Below the pieces are notes generated by a model. The model ran no database searches, was not told the DNA's origin, and was given only the letters and a program-made list of their open reading frames with translations. This document shows positions 1-7,417 of a stretch of 25,404 nucleotides of DNA, piece by piece. The DNA is from a virus (taxonomy: Duplodnaviria; Caudoviricetes): positions 1 through 25,404 of the IMG/VR virus record IMGVR_UViG_3300037458_000153, one strand, 5' to 3'. A program made the translations under genes and the position numbers. Each line of letters opens with the position of its first letter. The stretch's first letter is position 1.

Positions 1-15
1 TTGTACCACCGTCAG

Positions 16-131
16 TATGTAGTACGTTAAATAAAAAAGCCGCCAAGAAGTGGGAAAACTTGGCGGCTAACGATTGGTAAGAGAGTTTAAGTGAATTGCA
101 CGTCACTTGCAATTATATAGTCAATCTGATT
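16..131. repeat. Terminal direct repeat, copy 1 (116 bp); circular assembly overlap
   Basis: 16-131 is identical to 25289-25404, implying a unit length of about 25,273 bp. Confidence 0.95.
33..68 (-). terminator. Rho-independent terminator
   Basis: AGCCGCCAAG/CTTGGCGGCT stem with a U-tract on the minus strand, just after the stop at 87. Confidence 0.85.
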
Positions 132-272
132 GATAAAATTGATTCTATTGACTCGTCTCCTGTAGAGCATCAGCTTTCTTTCCTCCAGGGATTTGATCTC
201 CCTGTCTATTCTGTCCACTTCCTCCTGTGCATTCTTTCTCGTGTTCAGTAGATGTAATTGCAATTCTCGCAT
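87..272 (-). CDS. Small coiled-coil hypothetical protein
   Basis: GGAGG SD before ATG 272 (MRELQLHLL...); heptad-like AQEEVDRIDREIKSLEERKL; followed by a terminator. Confidence 0.65.
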   Translation of the reverse strand: MRELQLHLLNTRKNAQEEVDRIDREIKSLEERKLMLYRRRVNRINFINQIDYIIASDVQFT

Positions 273-609
273 TAAGCCTCCCATACCATTTGTCATTAAG
301 AAAGTGTTTTGTAATAAATGCATTGCAGTCGTCCTTTTCTATGATCCAGTAGTTATCACCATCTTTTTCGTACATCTGGTAAGCACCATGATCCTTGTAT
401 GCTTGCCAAGCGTATCTGAGATCAACTGACTTGAATAATCCTATCCATCGAACGCACCCTACAAGGACATAACGTCGAGTCTTGTCAAGGAAGAGTGACT
501 CATTAAACGCAATATATCCGTCGTCTAAAGGATCATATTGCAAATGACATTTCTCGAATCGTAGTCCTTCAGTGGTGATACAATGGGCGGCAAAGTCTAA
601 AAAGTTCAT
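145..609 (-). CDS. Hypothetical protein
   Basis: 154-aa ORF with GAGGA SD; ATGA-coupled to the upstream peptide; C-terminus overlaps the next gene. Confidence 0.7.
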   Translation of the reverse strand: MNFLDFAAHCITTEGLRFEKCHLQYDPLDDGYIAFNESLFLDKTRRYVLVGCVRWIGLFKSVDLRYAWQAYKDHGAYQMYEKDGDNYWIIEKDDCNAFITKHFLNDKWYGRLNARIAITSTEHEKECTGGSGQNRQGDQIPGGKKADALQETSQ

Positions 610-683
610 TCTTCCTCATCTGGGATTATCGCTAGGGTAAAGATCAGTAAAGCCATTGTCATGTAATATAATTCGACAGCCAT
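606..683 (-). CDS. 25-aa hydrophobic peptide, not in the ORF track
   Basis: GAGGAA SD, MAVELYYMTMALLIFTLAIIPDEEE*; fills the gap between neighbours; its TGA overlaps the next ATG. Confidence 0.6.
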   Translation of the reverse strand: MAVELYYMTMALLIFTLAIIPDEEE

Positions 684-685
684 TA

Positions 686-1222
686 TTATTCCTCGTCTAT
701 TCTCAGAAGATGATTTGATTCCATGTGCCAGCCCTTATCTGGCGTCCATAGTTGGGTAGCAATTTGAGCAGCCATGGAGAAATTTACATAGAATGCTCTG
801 CCTGTAGCTAAGTCTGGATCATCAATGGGAAAGTACTTTTCGCAATGGTATTTTCTCTTTTGTTGCTTATGGTATTGGACAAGAATTCGTTTCTCAAACA
901 ATGCCAGATAATCATAGTTGCCCTGAAGATACCAAATTGAATTATCGTTGCGATAGATTCCACTTTTCACCCATTCATTAAAGCCGCCACCTTCTCTTCG
1001 CTTTCGTTCTGCAATCTCAATGCTCAGCCTGTGTGTCTTGCTACAGGGCTCATCTAACTTGACTTCAATATGATTGCAGCTTTCACCAATATTGTACTGA
1101 TTCTTCCTGCTACCATAGAACTGGATGTAAATCCCAAAATCCCTGAGTTGCATCATGCAAAAGTCTTGAAATTCTTGTCCTTTCTGAAAATCTTTGTCTT
1201 CCTGTGTTTCTGTCCTAGCCAT
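686..1222 (-). CDS. Putative PD-(D/E)xK nuclease-fold phage protein
   Basis: G-x-E-F helix, IEVKLD, LSIE and SGI motifs, which I recall from restriction-endonuclease-like phage proteins. Confidence 0.55.
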   Translation of the reverse strand: MARTETQEDKDFQKGQEFQDFCMMQLRDFGIYIQFYGSRKNQYNIGESCNHIEVKLDEPCSKTHRLSIEIAERKRREGGGFNEWVKSGIYRNDNSIWYLQGNYDYLALFEKRILVQYHKQQKRKYHCEKYFPIDDPDLATGRAFYVNFSMAAQIATQLWTPDKGWHMESNHLLRIDEE

Positions 1223-1277
1223 TACGACTCCAAAAGTTGTAATGGGCGTCCTTACCCGAATAAATCCTTTCTATTTG

Positions 1278-1283
1278 TATCTA
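1278..1283 (-). promoter_or_regulatory. TAGATA late-type promoter element
   Basis: TAGATA-caaaT|A upstream of the 1222-to-87 operon. Confidence 0.55.
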
Positions 1284-1323
1284 TCCAGGTAACTAAGATT
1301 TTTAGAGAAAAAATAATTTCCTA

Positions 1324-1353
1324 TTGCAAAAATAAAGATGACAAGACTATATT
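1324..1353 (+). promoter_or_regulatory. Sigma70-like promoter
   Basis: TTGCAA-N18-TATATT. Confidence 0.45.
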
Positions 1354-1764
1354 AAGGTAGCATTTTGAAAAAAGGAGTGATCTGGGCCTAATGCCTGATG
1401 AAGAGAGTGTGATTGATAGCAAGTGAAAAATAGCGATTGTCTTCACATGAAAATGGTAAGTTAAAAACAGTTCCGCAAGCTACAAGACACACAACACCAA
1501 GCCCTATACAGCTTGGTACTTAAGAGTAGGGCAACTAAGGGGAAAAAATAGTTCGCAACTATAGCCCGAACAAATCTTATGTCACAATAAAAAATTCACC
1601 TGCTCTGTCTTACCCTGACAACAGGTGCCGCTAGTACAAAGACACGTGAATTAAGATTTGGCTACTCAACATCAGTCCCTCATGATCATCCCACTGGACG
1701 CCTTAAAGCTTAAGATCTTAAATCTTTCTAAGAGGTACTAGTGGGAAAAGGGTGCGAATATGCC

Positions 1765-1795
1765 TTGACATAATTGATGTAAGTTACTATAGATA
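1765..1795 (+). promoter_or_regulatory. Sigma70-like promoter overlapping a TAGATA element
   Basis: TTGACA-N17-TATAGA; TAGATA at 1790-1795. Confidence 0.55.
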
Positions 1796-1799
1796 TATT

Positions 1800-1864
1800 A
1801 CCCTTAGAAATGCTTTAGGCCCGCCCCCTGGAATTGCGAATCTTCCAGGGGGCTTCTTTTTTTT
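1800..1864 (+). ncRNA. Candidate ~65-nt small RNA
   Basis: Promoter directly upstream, then the GCCCCCTGGAA/TTCCAGGGGGC terminator with U-tract; no convincing ORF. Confidence 0.45.
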
Positions 1865-1938
1865 ATGCCATATAGAATAATCAAAAAATAAGTGATTATT
1901 ACAAATACCTACCTTGAAAGATCCAAGGAGGTATCGGA

Positions 1939-2157
1939 ATGAATAGATGGCTTGAAAGAATTGACTGGATGCTAGAGCAGCATCCCAAAGAATCGCAAAG
2001 AAAGTACCTAGCAAGCGTCCAGAATCAAATTGAACGCTATCCCGCACTTTATCCCACCTTGCCCCAAGAATTGATTTTGGCCCGTCTGTGGCGTCATTAT
2101 AAAAGACTTGAGCGGGAGTCAGTGCTAGGCACCGCTAGCGAGTGCTACGGTAGATGA
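1939..2157 (+). CDS. Hypothetical protein
   Basis: Strong AAGGAGG SD; 72-aa helical-looking sequence. Confidence 0.7.
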   Translation: MNRWLERIDWMLEQHPKESQRKYLASVQNQIERYPALYPTLPQELILARLWRHYKRLERESVLGTASECYGR

Positions 2158-2182
2158 TTTTGCATCAGAAAGTTTTGGCAAC

Positions 2183-2209
2183 AAAAAAGGCCCAGCCTCC
2201 CTGCCGAGC
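2183..2209 (-). terminator. Rho-independent terminator
   Basis: GGCTCGGC/GCTGGGCC stem plus U6 after the stop at 2240. Confidence 0.7.
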
Positions 2210-2239
2210 CAAAACTCTTCTTCTGTGTAAGGTAGTCTA

Positions 2240-2479
2240 TCAGTCTCGTTTTTTATCCCAGCCCAATAGGTGCCTAGCTGTAGGGTGATAGGTGGGATAG
2301 ATGTCAGTGCAGCCACATCTCGGGCAACATGGCGTCTTGCTAGTGAGCCGCCAGATTGTGTAGATGAGTCCTGGGAAACAAGCCATGCACCATAGGACTA
2401 GTTCAATCAGGATGTGTCCTGGCGTCTTCGTAGCTGGGTACTCTACACATAAGCATTTGCCGCATACCATTCGTTCCAT
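2240..2479 (-). CDS. Small membrane protein with split zinc-ribbon (CxxC-hydrophobic segment-CPxCG)
   Basis: GGAGG SD before ATG 2479; CGKC...LVLWCMACFPGLIYTIW...CPRCG, a LITAF-like architecture. Confidence 0.7.
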   Translation of the reverse strand: MERMVCGKCLCVEYPATKTPGHILIELVLWCMACFPGLIYTIWRLTSKTPCCPRCGCTDIYPTYHPTARHLLGWDKKRD

Positions 2480-2513
2480 AAAAGCCTCCACAGTTAGATA
2501 GCTACAAGAAATG

Positions 2514-2614
2514 AAAAAGCCCCACCAGAAAGGAGCAACTCTAAATGGTGGGGCTTATCGGGCGTTCCTGCCCTATCTTATGTCATCCCTGCCACTAGGG
2601 CTCATCCTTGTGAC
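2514..2614 (-). ncRNA. Candidate CsrA/RsmA-binding small RNA
   Basis: Sigma70 promoter, CAAGGAUG, CAGGGAUG, GGGC-AGGAAC-GCCC, then an 11-bp terminator stem plus U5. Confidence 0.55.
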
Positions 2615-2620
2615 GCTTGT

Positions 2621-2648
2621 ATTGTAGCAATATGGATAGCACTGTCAA
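2621..2648 (-). promoter_or_regulatory. Sigma70 promoter
   Basis: TTGACA-N16-TACAAT with an extended -10 TG. Confidence 0.75.
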
Positions 2649-2654
2649 TAGATA
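2649..2654 (+). promoter_or_regulatory. TAGATA late-type promoter, leaderless
   Basis: TAGATA-tgggT-ATG(2660); no SD. Confidence 0.65.
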
Positions 2655-2659
2655 TGGGT

Positions 2660-3460
2660 ATGGCAATTACAACAATAGATCAGGCGTTAGCGGGAATGAA
2701 GCCTCCCGTAGAATTCTACAAAGCCCTAAGTGGCAATATGGTAGCTGGTAGGCCCTTTAGCTACTTTTACAGCAATGGTATTCCTGGCCCAGCAGCAGCA
2801 CCAAGTCCAGGTATCGGTGGTGCTGCCCTTACATCCTATGCTGGCCAACTACCATATACCAATCCATCAAGCGGATATAGTTATCTAGCTCGATTTGTAG
2901 GACAGTGTACGCAAGCTGGGACTTTGGTATTAGCGGATAGATTGTGGCATAACTCGGGCTACACCATTACCAGTAATACAGAACAAACACATACGGGTGC
3001 TGCGGATATTCCTGCCCGAGATGTGAATGGTGCTGCTCTGGGGCATGGTGTATTTGCTGCTGTAGAAGTCAGTAGTGCAGTTGGTGCTGGTACGCCAACA
3101 CTGACACTGAAATATAATAATCAAGACAATACAGAAAAGACTGCTACCAATGTTATCGCTACTGTGGCTAGTAGTGTTGCTGGGACATTTTATCCCATCG
3201 GCCTAGCTGCTGGTGACACTGGCATACGTAGAGCCGTGTCTCTTACATTATCTGCAACTTGGACTTCTGGGACAATTCATACTGTCTTGTATCGTCCGAT
3301 TGCAAGATTACAACTAGGGGCTAATGCTCCTTGGGCTTTAGATTTATTGACATCGGGAATGCCAAGAGTATTTGACAACGCTGTGCCGTTCTTATACTTC
3401 ATTCCCAATACAACAACATCGTCCACGATTCACGGGCAAGTAATTTATACACACGGGTAA
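2660..3460 (+). CDS. Putative virion structural protein, paralog 1
   Basis: Ala/Gly/Thr-rich, beta-type composition; start moved to 2660 because the paralog also begins MAITT. Confidence 0.7.
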   Translation: MAITTIDQALAGMKPPVEFYKALSGNMVAGRPFSYFYSNGIPGPAAAPSPGIGGAALTSYAGQLPYTNPSSGYSYLARFVGQCTQAGTLVLADRLWHNSGYTITSNTEQTHTGAADIPARDVNGAALGHGVFAAVEVSSAVGAGTPTLTLKYNNQDNTEKTATNVIATVASSVAGTFYPIGLAAGDTGIRRAVSLTLSATWTSGTIHTVLYRPIARLQLGANAPWALDLLTSGMPRVFDNAVPFLYFIPNTTTSSTIHGQVIYTHG

Positions 3461-3463
3461 TTT

Positions 3464-4282
3464 ATGGCAATAACAACATTAGCTGGGGCTGTCAGTGGAA
3501 TAAAGCGTGTGAATGAAATGCAACGTTCTGCACAAACATATACCACCACTATACCACTAAGCCATTTCTTCGTTAGCGGATATCCTACACCTGCCGCAGC
3601 ACCAACTCCTGGAATTGGCGGTACAACGTTAACTAGTTACGCTGGCCAAATCAATTTTGATAATCCCAGTAGTGGCAACACTTATTTATACAATTTTACT
3701 GCTAGTAATCAATCTTTGGGTACAGTGTGGCTATGTGATCGGCTGTGGCACAATAGCGGCATTACTATCACCTCCAACACAGAACAGACATTTACTGGCT
3801 CTGTAGATATTCCTGCCAGAGACATGAACGGTGCTGCTCTGGGACATGGCGTCTTTGCTGCTGTAGAAGTCAGTAGCACAGTTGGATCAGGTACACCAAC
3901 ATTAACTTTGAAATATAAAAATCAAGATAATGCGGAAAAGACTGCCACAAACATTATGGCAACTGTAGCAAACGCAGCAGCAGGCAGTTTTTATGTAATT
4001 GGCTTAGCTGCTGGTGACACTGGCATACGTAGAGCCGTGTCTCTTACATTATCTGCAACTTGGACAAGTGGGACAATTCATGTAGTGTTATATCGTCCTA
4101 TTGCTAAGCTTGCTATGTCCAGCACATTTGGATCGGGTAGGAATGATTCACAAAACAATTTGTGCTGTGTGTCGGTGGGATTTCCTAGGCTATATGACAA
4201 TAGCGTACCATTTATCGTGCATTCTAGTGGAACGTCTAACACAACTGGGCAGAGTGCCACAGTGCAATTTACACAGGGATAA
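3464..4282 (+). CDS. Putative virion structural protein, paralog 2
   Basis: Clear paralog (DRLWHNSG, DIPARD, AAGDTGIRRAVSLTLSATWTSGTIH). Confidence 0.7.
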   Translation: MAITTLAGAVSGIKRVNEMQRSAQTYTTTIPLSHFFVSGYPTPAAAPTPGIGGTTLTSYAGQINFDNPSSGNTYLYNFTASNQSLGTVWLCDRLWHNSGITITSNTEQTFTGSVDIPARDMNGAALGHGVFAAVEVSSTVGSGTPTLTLKYKNQDNAEKTATNIMATVANAAAGSFYVIGLAAGDTGIRRAVSLTLSATWTSGTIHVVLYRPIAKLAMSSTFGSGRNDSQNNLCCVSVGFPRLYDNSVPFIVHSSGTSNTTGQSATVQFTQG

Positions 4283-4285
4283 TTA

Positions 4286-6706
4286 ATGCGTGGACAGCAA
4301 ATCAGATCATCCTGGAATACTCCAGCGATATGGATGTTGGTAAATGATCCATTCAGGCAATGGTGGCTTGGATTCCATTACACTGAGGCTGTCACTGGCA
4401 GTATTAAGTTAGGTGGTGTTGCTACAGAATCTTATGTTCCAGCTAGTGGCTCCAGTACTTACAACGAGTCCATGTCTGGTGGCACTAAGGCTGATGGTGA
4501 TACCACAGAGTTGTTCACATACAACGTAGTGATGTCTGGTGGCACCAAGGCCAATGGTGATACCACAGAACTATTACACTATAATGCATCGGTGAGTGGT
4601 GGCACCAAGGCTAATGGTGATACCACAGAACTATTCAACTATAATGCATCGGTGAGTGGTGGCACCAAGGCTAATGGTGATACCACAGAGCTATTGACTT
4701 ATAATGCATCTGTGAGCGGCGGCACTAAGATTAGTGGTGCTGCTGTTGCCTCACTGATTCGCACTGCGGTGGTATCTGGTGGAACTAAGCTTAGTAGCAC
4801 TGCTGTTGCGTCACTGATTCATACTGCGGTAGTATCTGGTGGCACTAAGCTCAGTGGTGCCTGTGTTAATGTGGGCACCTATGCGTTGAATGTTAGCGGT
4901 GGCACTAAGCTCAGTGGTGCCGCCTATGTACTGGGCAGTGTAACATACAACGAAAGCATGACTGGTGGTGCTAAGCTCAGTGGTGATGCTACCATAAAAT
5001 CGATTTACACTTTTCCAGTCAGGGAAACGCCACACACTTGCACTGTTACTAGAGGCACAACTACAGATCCAGTCACTACCACTTGGCTTAAAGACTCCAA
5101 TTTCCACATGGTGAGGGAGGTAACTGGTGCTACTGGTATAAGCTACATGTTGTATTTTGGTAACGTTCCAAGATTGGGCATTACTAGATCATTAAGAATC
5201 AATGTGCGATATGCGGGCAGTGATGGACATATATGTTACTTACAACTCTACAATTACACCACATCGACTTACGATAATCTTATTCAATTACCCGAAACTG
5301 CTGGCTTTGTAGATCGCAATTTTGCAATTACGGATGACTACTTTAGCCCCTTTGACTACTATAGCGGTGCCAATAATGCAGTATTCAAAGTAGATCATCC
5401 AAGCCCTGGTAACATCAATCATTGGGTGGGTATTGATGAACTAATCATCACGTCCAACACTGGTACTGAACTTAGTGGCTCAGCAAATGTTTCTGTAGTA
5501 TATGCTTGTGACATGAGCAATGGTGCCAAGCTTAATGGTGCTTGCGATGAAAGTCTAAATGAATCCACGAACACGTATAATGAAACAATGTCTGGTGGTG
5601 TCAGACTCAGTGGACTGACTATCCACACTCATTACGTGAATGCCGATATGTCTGGCGGCACGAAGCTTAGCGGGACTAGCACACTAGTAACACAGTATAG
5701 TCAGACAATGTATGGTGGCTCTAAAGTCAGTGGTAATGCAGCCTCCACATCCCGCTATACATCAACTGCACTAGGTGGTGCTAAGCTCAGTGGATATGTG
5801 GATATATCTGAGTCTGGCGTTATCAACGAGACTATGAGCGGTGGGCTTAAACTTGATGGTACGGCAAGACTAGTTCGCTTGCTATATTCTGATGTTTCGG
5901 GTGGTATCAAGAGTGCTGGGGAAGTGGAAAGATTGTATACACTCAATCCTATGGCCTCTGGTGGCATCCTAGCTGTAGGCAACAGTAACAAAATCAATAT
6001 AGGACGCCCAGATGAGGATACCAACACTGGGCTATACTGGACACAAGATCCACCGTTTTGGAGCAAGCTAAATGAATCTGTGGCTGGCACATTTGTTCAT
6101 TGTGCTTTACCGCTTGGGTACAGCAACACTCTAGAAGTGGGCATGTCTGGCAATACAAGGATATCACCGAATATATCAGTCAATTTCATGTATAGGATGA
6201 GCGTACAGACTAGGATGACAGTAGTAGCCTCTGTGGTATGTGGCAGTACTGTAATAGCTTCCTGGACAACTAGTGGTGGTGGACTGGTAACTTATAGCAG
6301 AAAACTTACAGAAGCACAGATTGCTAACATCACTGACTTCAGTGATGTGCGAGTACGATTCGTTTGCACCAGCACTAATATTTCCCCAGTGAGTGCGTAC
6401 ATTTATTGGGCCAGATTGTATGTTGAAAATGCTGGGATGGCGGATGTCGAATTTACATACAATCCCGTTGTCTCGGGCGGGGCTGAGCTAGCTGGTGTGC
6501 CTTACGTTCTTGGCATCGGGGCTCATGTCATGCGGGCTACCACCACCACAGGTATACAGTTTGATAGTTTGACGGACATTGCAGCAAGGCTATCTGGCAG
6601 GAATGATATTGGCATTGGTATATCTGCGGACACAGGCGTAGAGGCCCAGTGGTACACACAGACTGAGCTTGATCTTAAGGAGACGGCTGCTTTACACGTC
6701 CTATAG
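4286..6706 (+). CDS. Repeat-rich putative tail fibre/adhesin
   Basis: 806 aa; ~20-aa SGGxK(L/A)xG repeats interrupted by two non-repetitive beta-rich domains. Confidence 0.7.
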   Translation: MRGQQIRSSWNTPAIWMLVNDPFRQWWLGFHYTEAVTGSIKLGGVATESYVPASGSSTYNESMSGGTKADGDTTELFTYNVVMSGGTKANGDTTELLHYNASVSGGTKANGDTTELFNYNASVSGGTKANGDTTELLTYNASVSGGTKISGAAVASLIRTAVVSGGTKLSSTAVASLIHTAVVSGGTKLSGACVNVGTYALNVSGGTKLSGAAYVLGSVTYNESMTGGAKLSGDATIKSIYTFPVRETPHTCTVTRGTTTDPVTTTWLKDSNFHMVREVTGATGISYMLYFGNVPRLGITRSLRINVRYAGSDGHICYLQLYNYTTSTYDNLIQLPETAGFVDRNFAITDDYFSPFDYYSGANNAVFKVDHPSPGNINHWVGIDELIITSNTGTELSGSANVSVVYACDMSNGAKLNGACDESLNESTNTYNETMSGGVRLSGLTIHTHYVNADMSGGTKLSGTSTLVTQYSQTMYGGSKVSGNAASTSRYTSTALGGAKLSGYVDISESGVINETMSGGLKLDGTARLVRLLYSDVSGGIKSAGEVERLYTLNPMASGGILAVGNSNKINIGRPDEDTNTGLYWTQDPPFWSKLNESVAGTFVHCALPLGYSNTLEVGMSGNTRISPNISVNFMYRMSVQTRMTVVASVVCGSTVIASWTTSGGGLVTYSRKLTEAQIANITDFSDVRVRFVCTSTNISPVSAYIYWARLYVENAGMADVEFTYNPVVSGGAELAGVPYVLGIGAHVMRATTTTGIQFDSLTDIAARLSGRNDIGIGISADTGVEAQWYTQTELDLKETAALHVL
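4472..4990 (+). repeat. Coding ~60-bp tandem repeat
   Basis: GGTGGCAC(C/T)AAG recurs about every 60 bp; near-identical units at 4530-4710. Confidence 0.9.
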
Positions 6707-6989
6707 CAGTTAGCTCTTGGTATAGCTGGGACTGTCCATCTACGGCTGTAACGGCAATGATGTATTCCCGATCTTCCACCATGTATTGCGTGATTTGCCA
6801 TGGTACGATTGCATGGTAATTGCCATTTGTATCATCAGCCACAAAGGATAGGGGACTGCCCATGCTTGTGGAGTCAGATAATATTTGGGCTTCCACATCA
6901 GCATTGCTTATGGGCAGTCCTGTTACGTTGTCGGTGAGATCGGATAGGCGGATGACGTTATCGGATGCGATATAAATTACGTGACTCAT
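6675..6989 (-). CDS. Small Ig-like virion protein (BppU N-terminal-like)
   Basis: LSDLTDNVTGLPISNADV...GNYHAIVP...EYIIAVTA beta-sandwich pattern; leaderless start. Confidence 0.55.
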   Translation of the reverse strand: MSHVIYIASDNVIRLSDLTDNVTGLPISNADVEAQILSDSTSMGSPLSFVADDTNGNYHAIVPWQITQYMVEDREYIIAVTAVDGQSQLYQELTAIGRVKQPSP

Positions 6990-6994
6990 ACGGG

Positions 6995-7000
6995 TATTTA
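6995..7000 (-). promoter_or_regulatory. TAAATA late-type promoter, leaderless
   Basis: TAAATA-cccgT-ATG(6989). Confidence 0.7.
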
Positions 7001-7004
7001 GTGC

Positions 7005-7052
7005 TTGACTCCCGCTTTTGCTATGGTATGGTGATAAGGGGTACTATCACCA
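7005..7052 (+). promoter_or_regulatory. Sigma70-like promoter with overlapping palindrome
   Basis: TTGACT-N16-TATGGT; TGGTGATA-N8-TATCACCA at 7029-7052. Confidence 0.55.
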
Positions 7053-7067
7053 ATAGGAGCTAAAGCT

Positions 7068-7343
7068 ATGGCCAAACGTCCAGCACCGCAAAAGAAGTGT
7101 GTCAAGAAGGGCTGTGGGGAGATGATGCACGCCCGTAAGAATGTCTGTCCTAAGTGTCAGACATTACAGCCAGTGAAAGAAAAGCCAGTCTCAGAGCCAA
7201 AGCCAGAGCCAGAAAATGAATTGATCAAACAGCAAACGCCCGAGTTTGTGATTATTGAAGCTATCCGCTTTGTCAGGGTATGTGGCGGTATCGGTAGGGC
7301 AATCACATTGCTGGAAGAATTGTACAAACTTCCTAGGGCATAG
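7068..7343 (+). CDS. Small basic zinc-finger protein, possibly DNA-binding
   Basis: AGGAG SD; CxxxxC...CPKC, Lys/Pro-rich linker, helix-GG-helix C-terminus; own promoter and terminator. Confidence 0.7.
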   Translation: MAKRPAPQKKCVKKGCGEMMHARKNVCPKCQTLQPVKEKPVSEPKPEPENELIKQQTPEFVIIEAIRFVRVCGGIGRAITLLEELYKLPRA

Positions 7344-7349
7344 GATACC

Positions 7350-7396
7350 AAAGCCCAGCCCCATACAACAAGTATGAAGCTGGGCTTTTTTGTTTA
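7350..7396 (+). terminator. Rho-independent terminator between convergent genes
   Basis: AAAGCCCAGC/GCTGGGCTTT stem plus U-tract. Confidence 0.8.
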
Positions 7397-7417
7397 ACTG
7401 CCACCATGGCAGTACCT

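Noticed and set aside
28-33. Plus-strand TAAATA here and near 20118, 16146, 23181 and 24628
   Set aside because: They fall in terminator A-tracts or antisense within genes, with no downstream start; expected by chance
1395-1430. CTGATGA...GAAA resembling a hammerhead ribozyme core
   Set aside because: No stem II pairing between the motifs and no convincing stems I or III
2545-2628. Tiny plus-strand ORFs after AGAAAGGAG (17 aa) and MSSLPLGLILVTLVL as a type I toxin
   Set aside because: No plus-strand promoter seen, and the minus-strand sRNA explains the sequence; not fully excluded
3204-4065. Repeat pair as a DGR template/variable region
   Set aside because: No reverse transcriptase, both copies are coding, and mismatches are not adenine-specific
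4472-4990. 60-bp periodic repeats as a CRISPR array
   Set aside because: They are in-frame coding repeats with synonymous variation, no unique spacers and no cas genes
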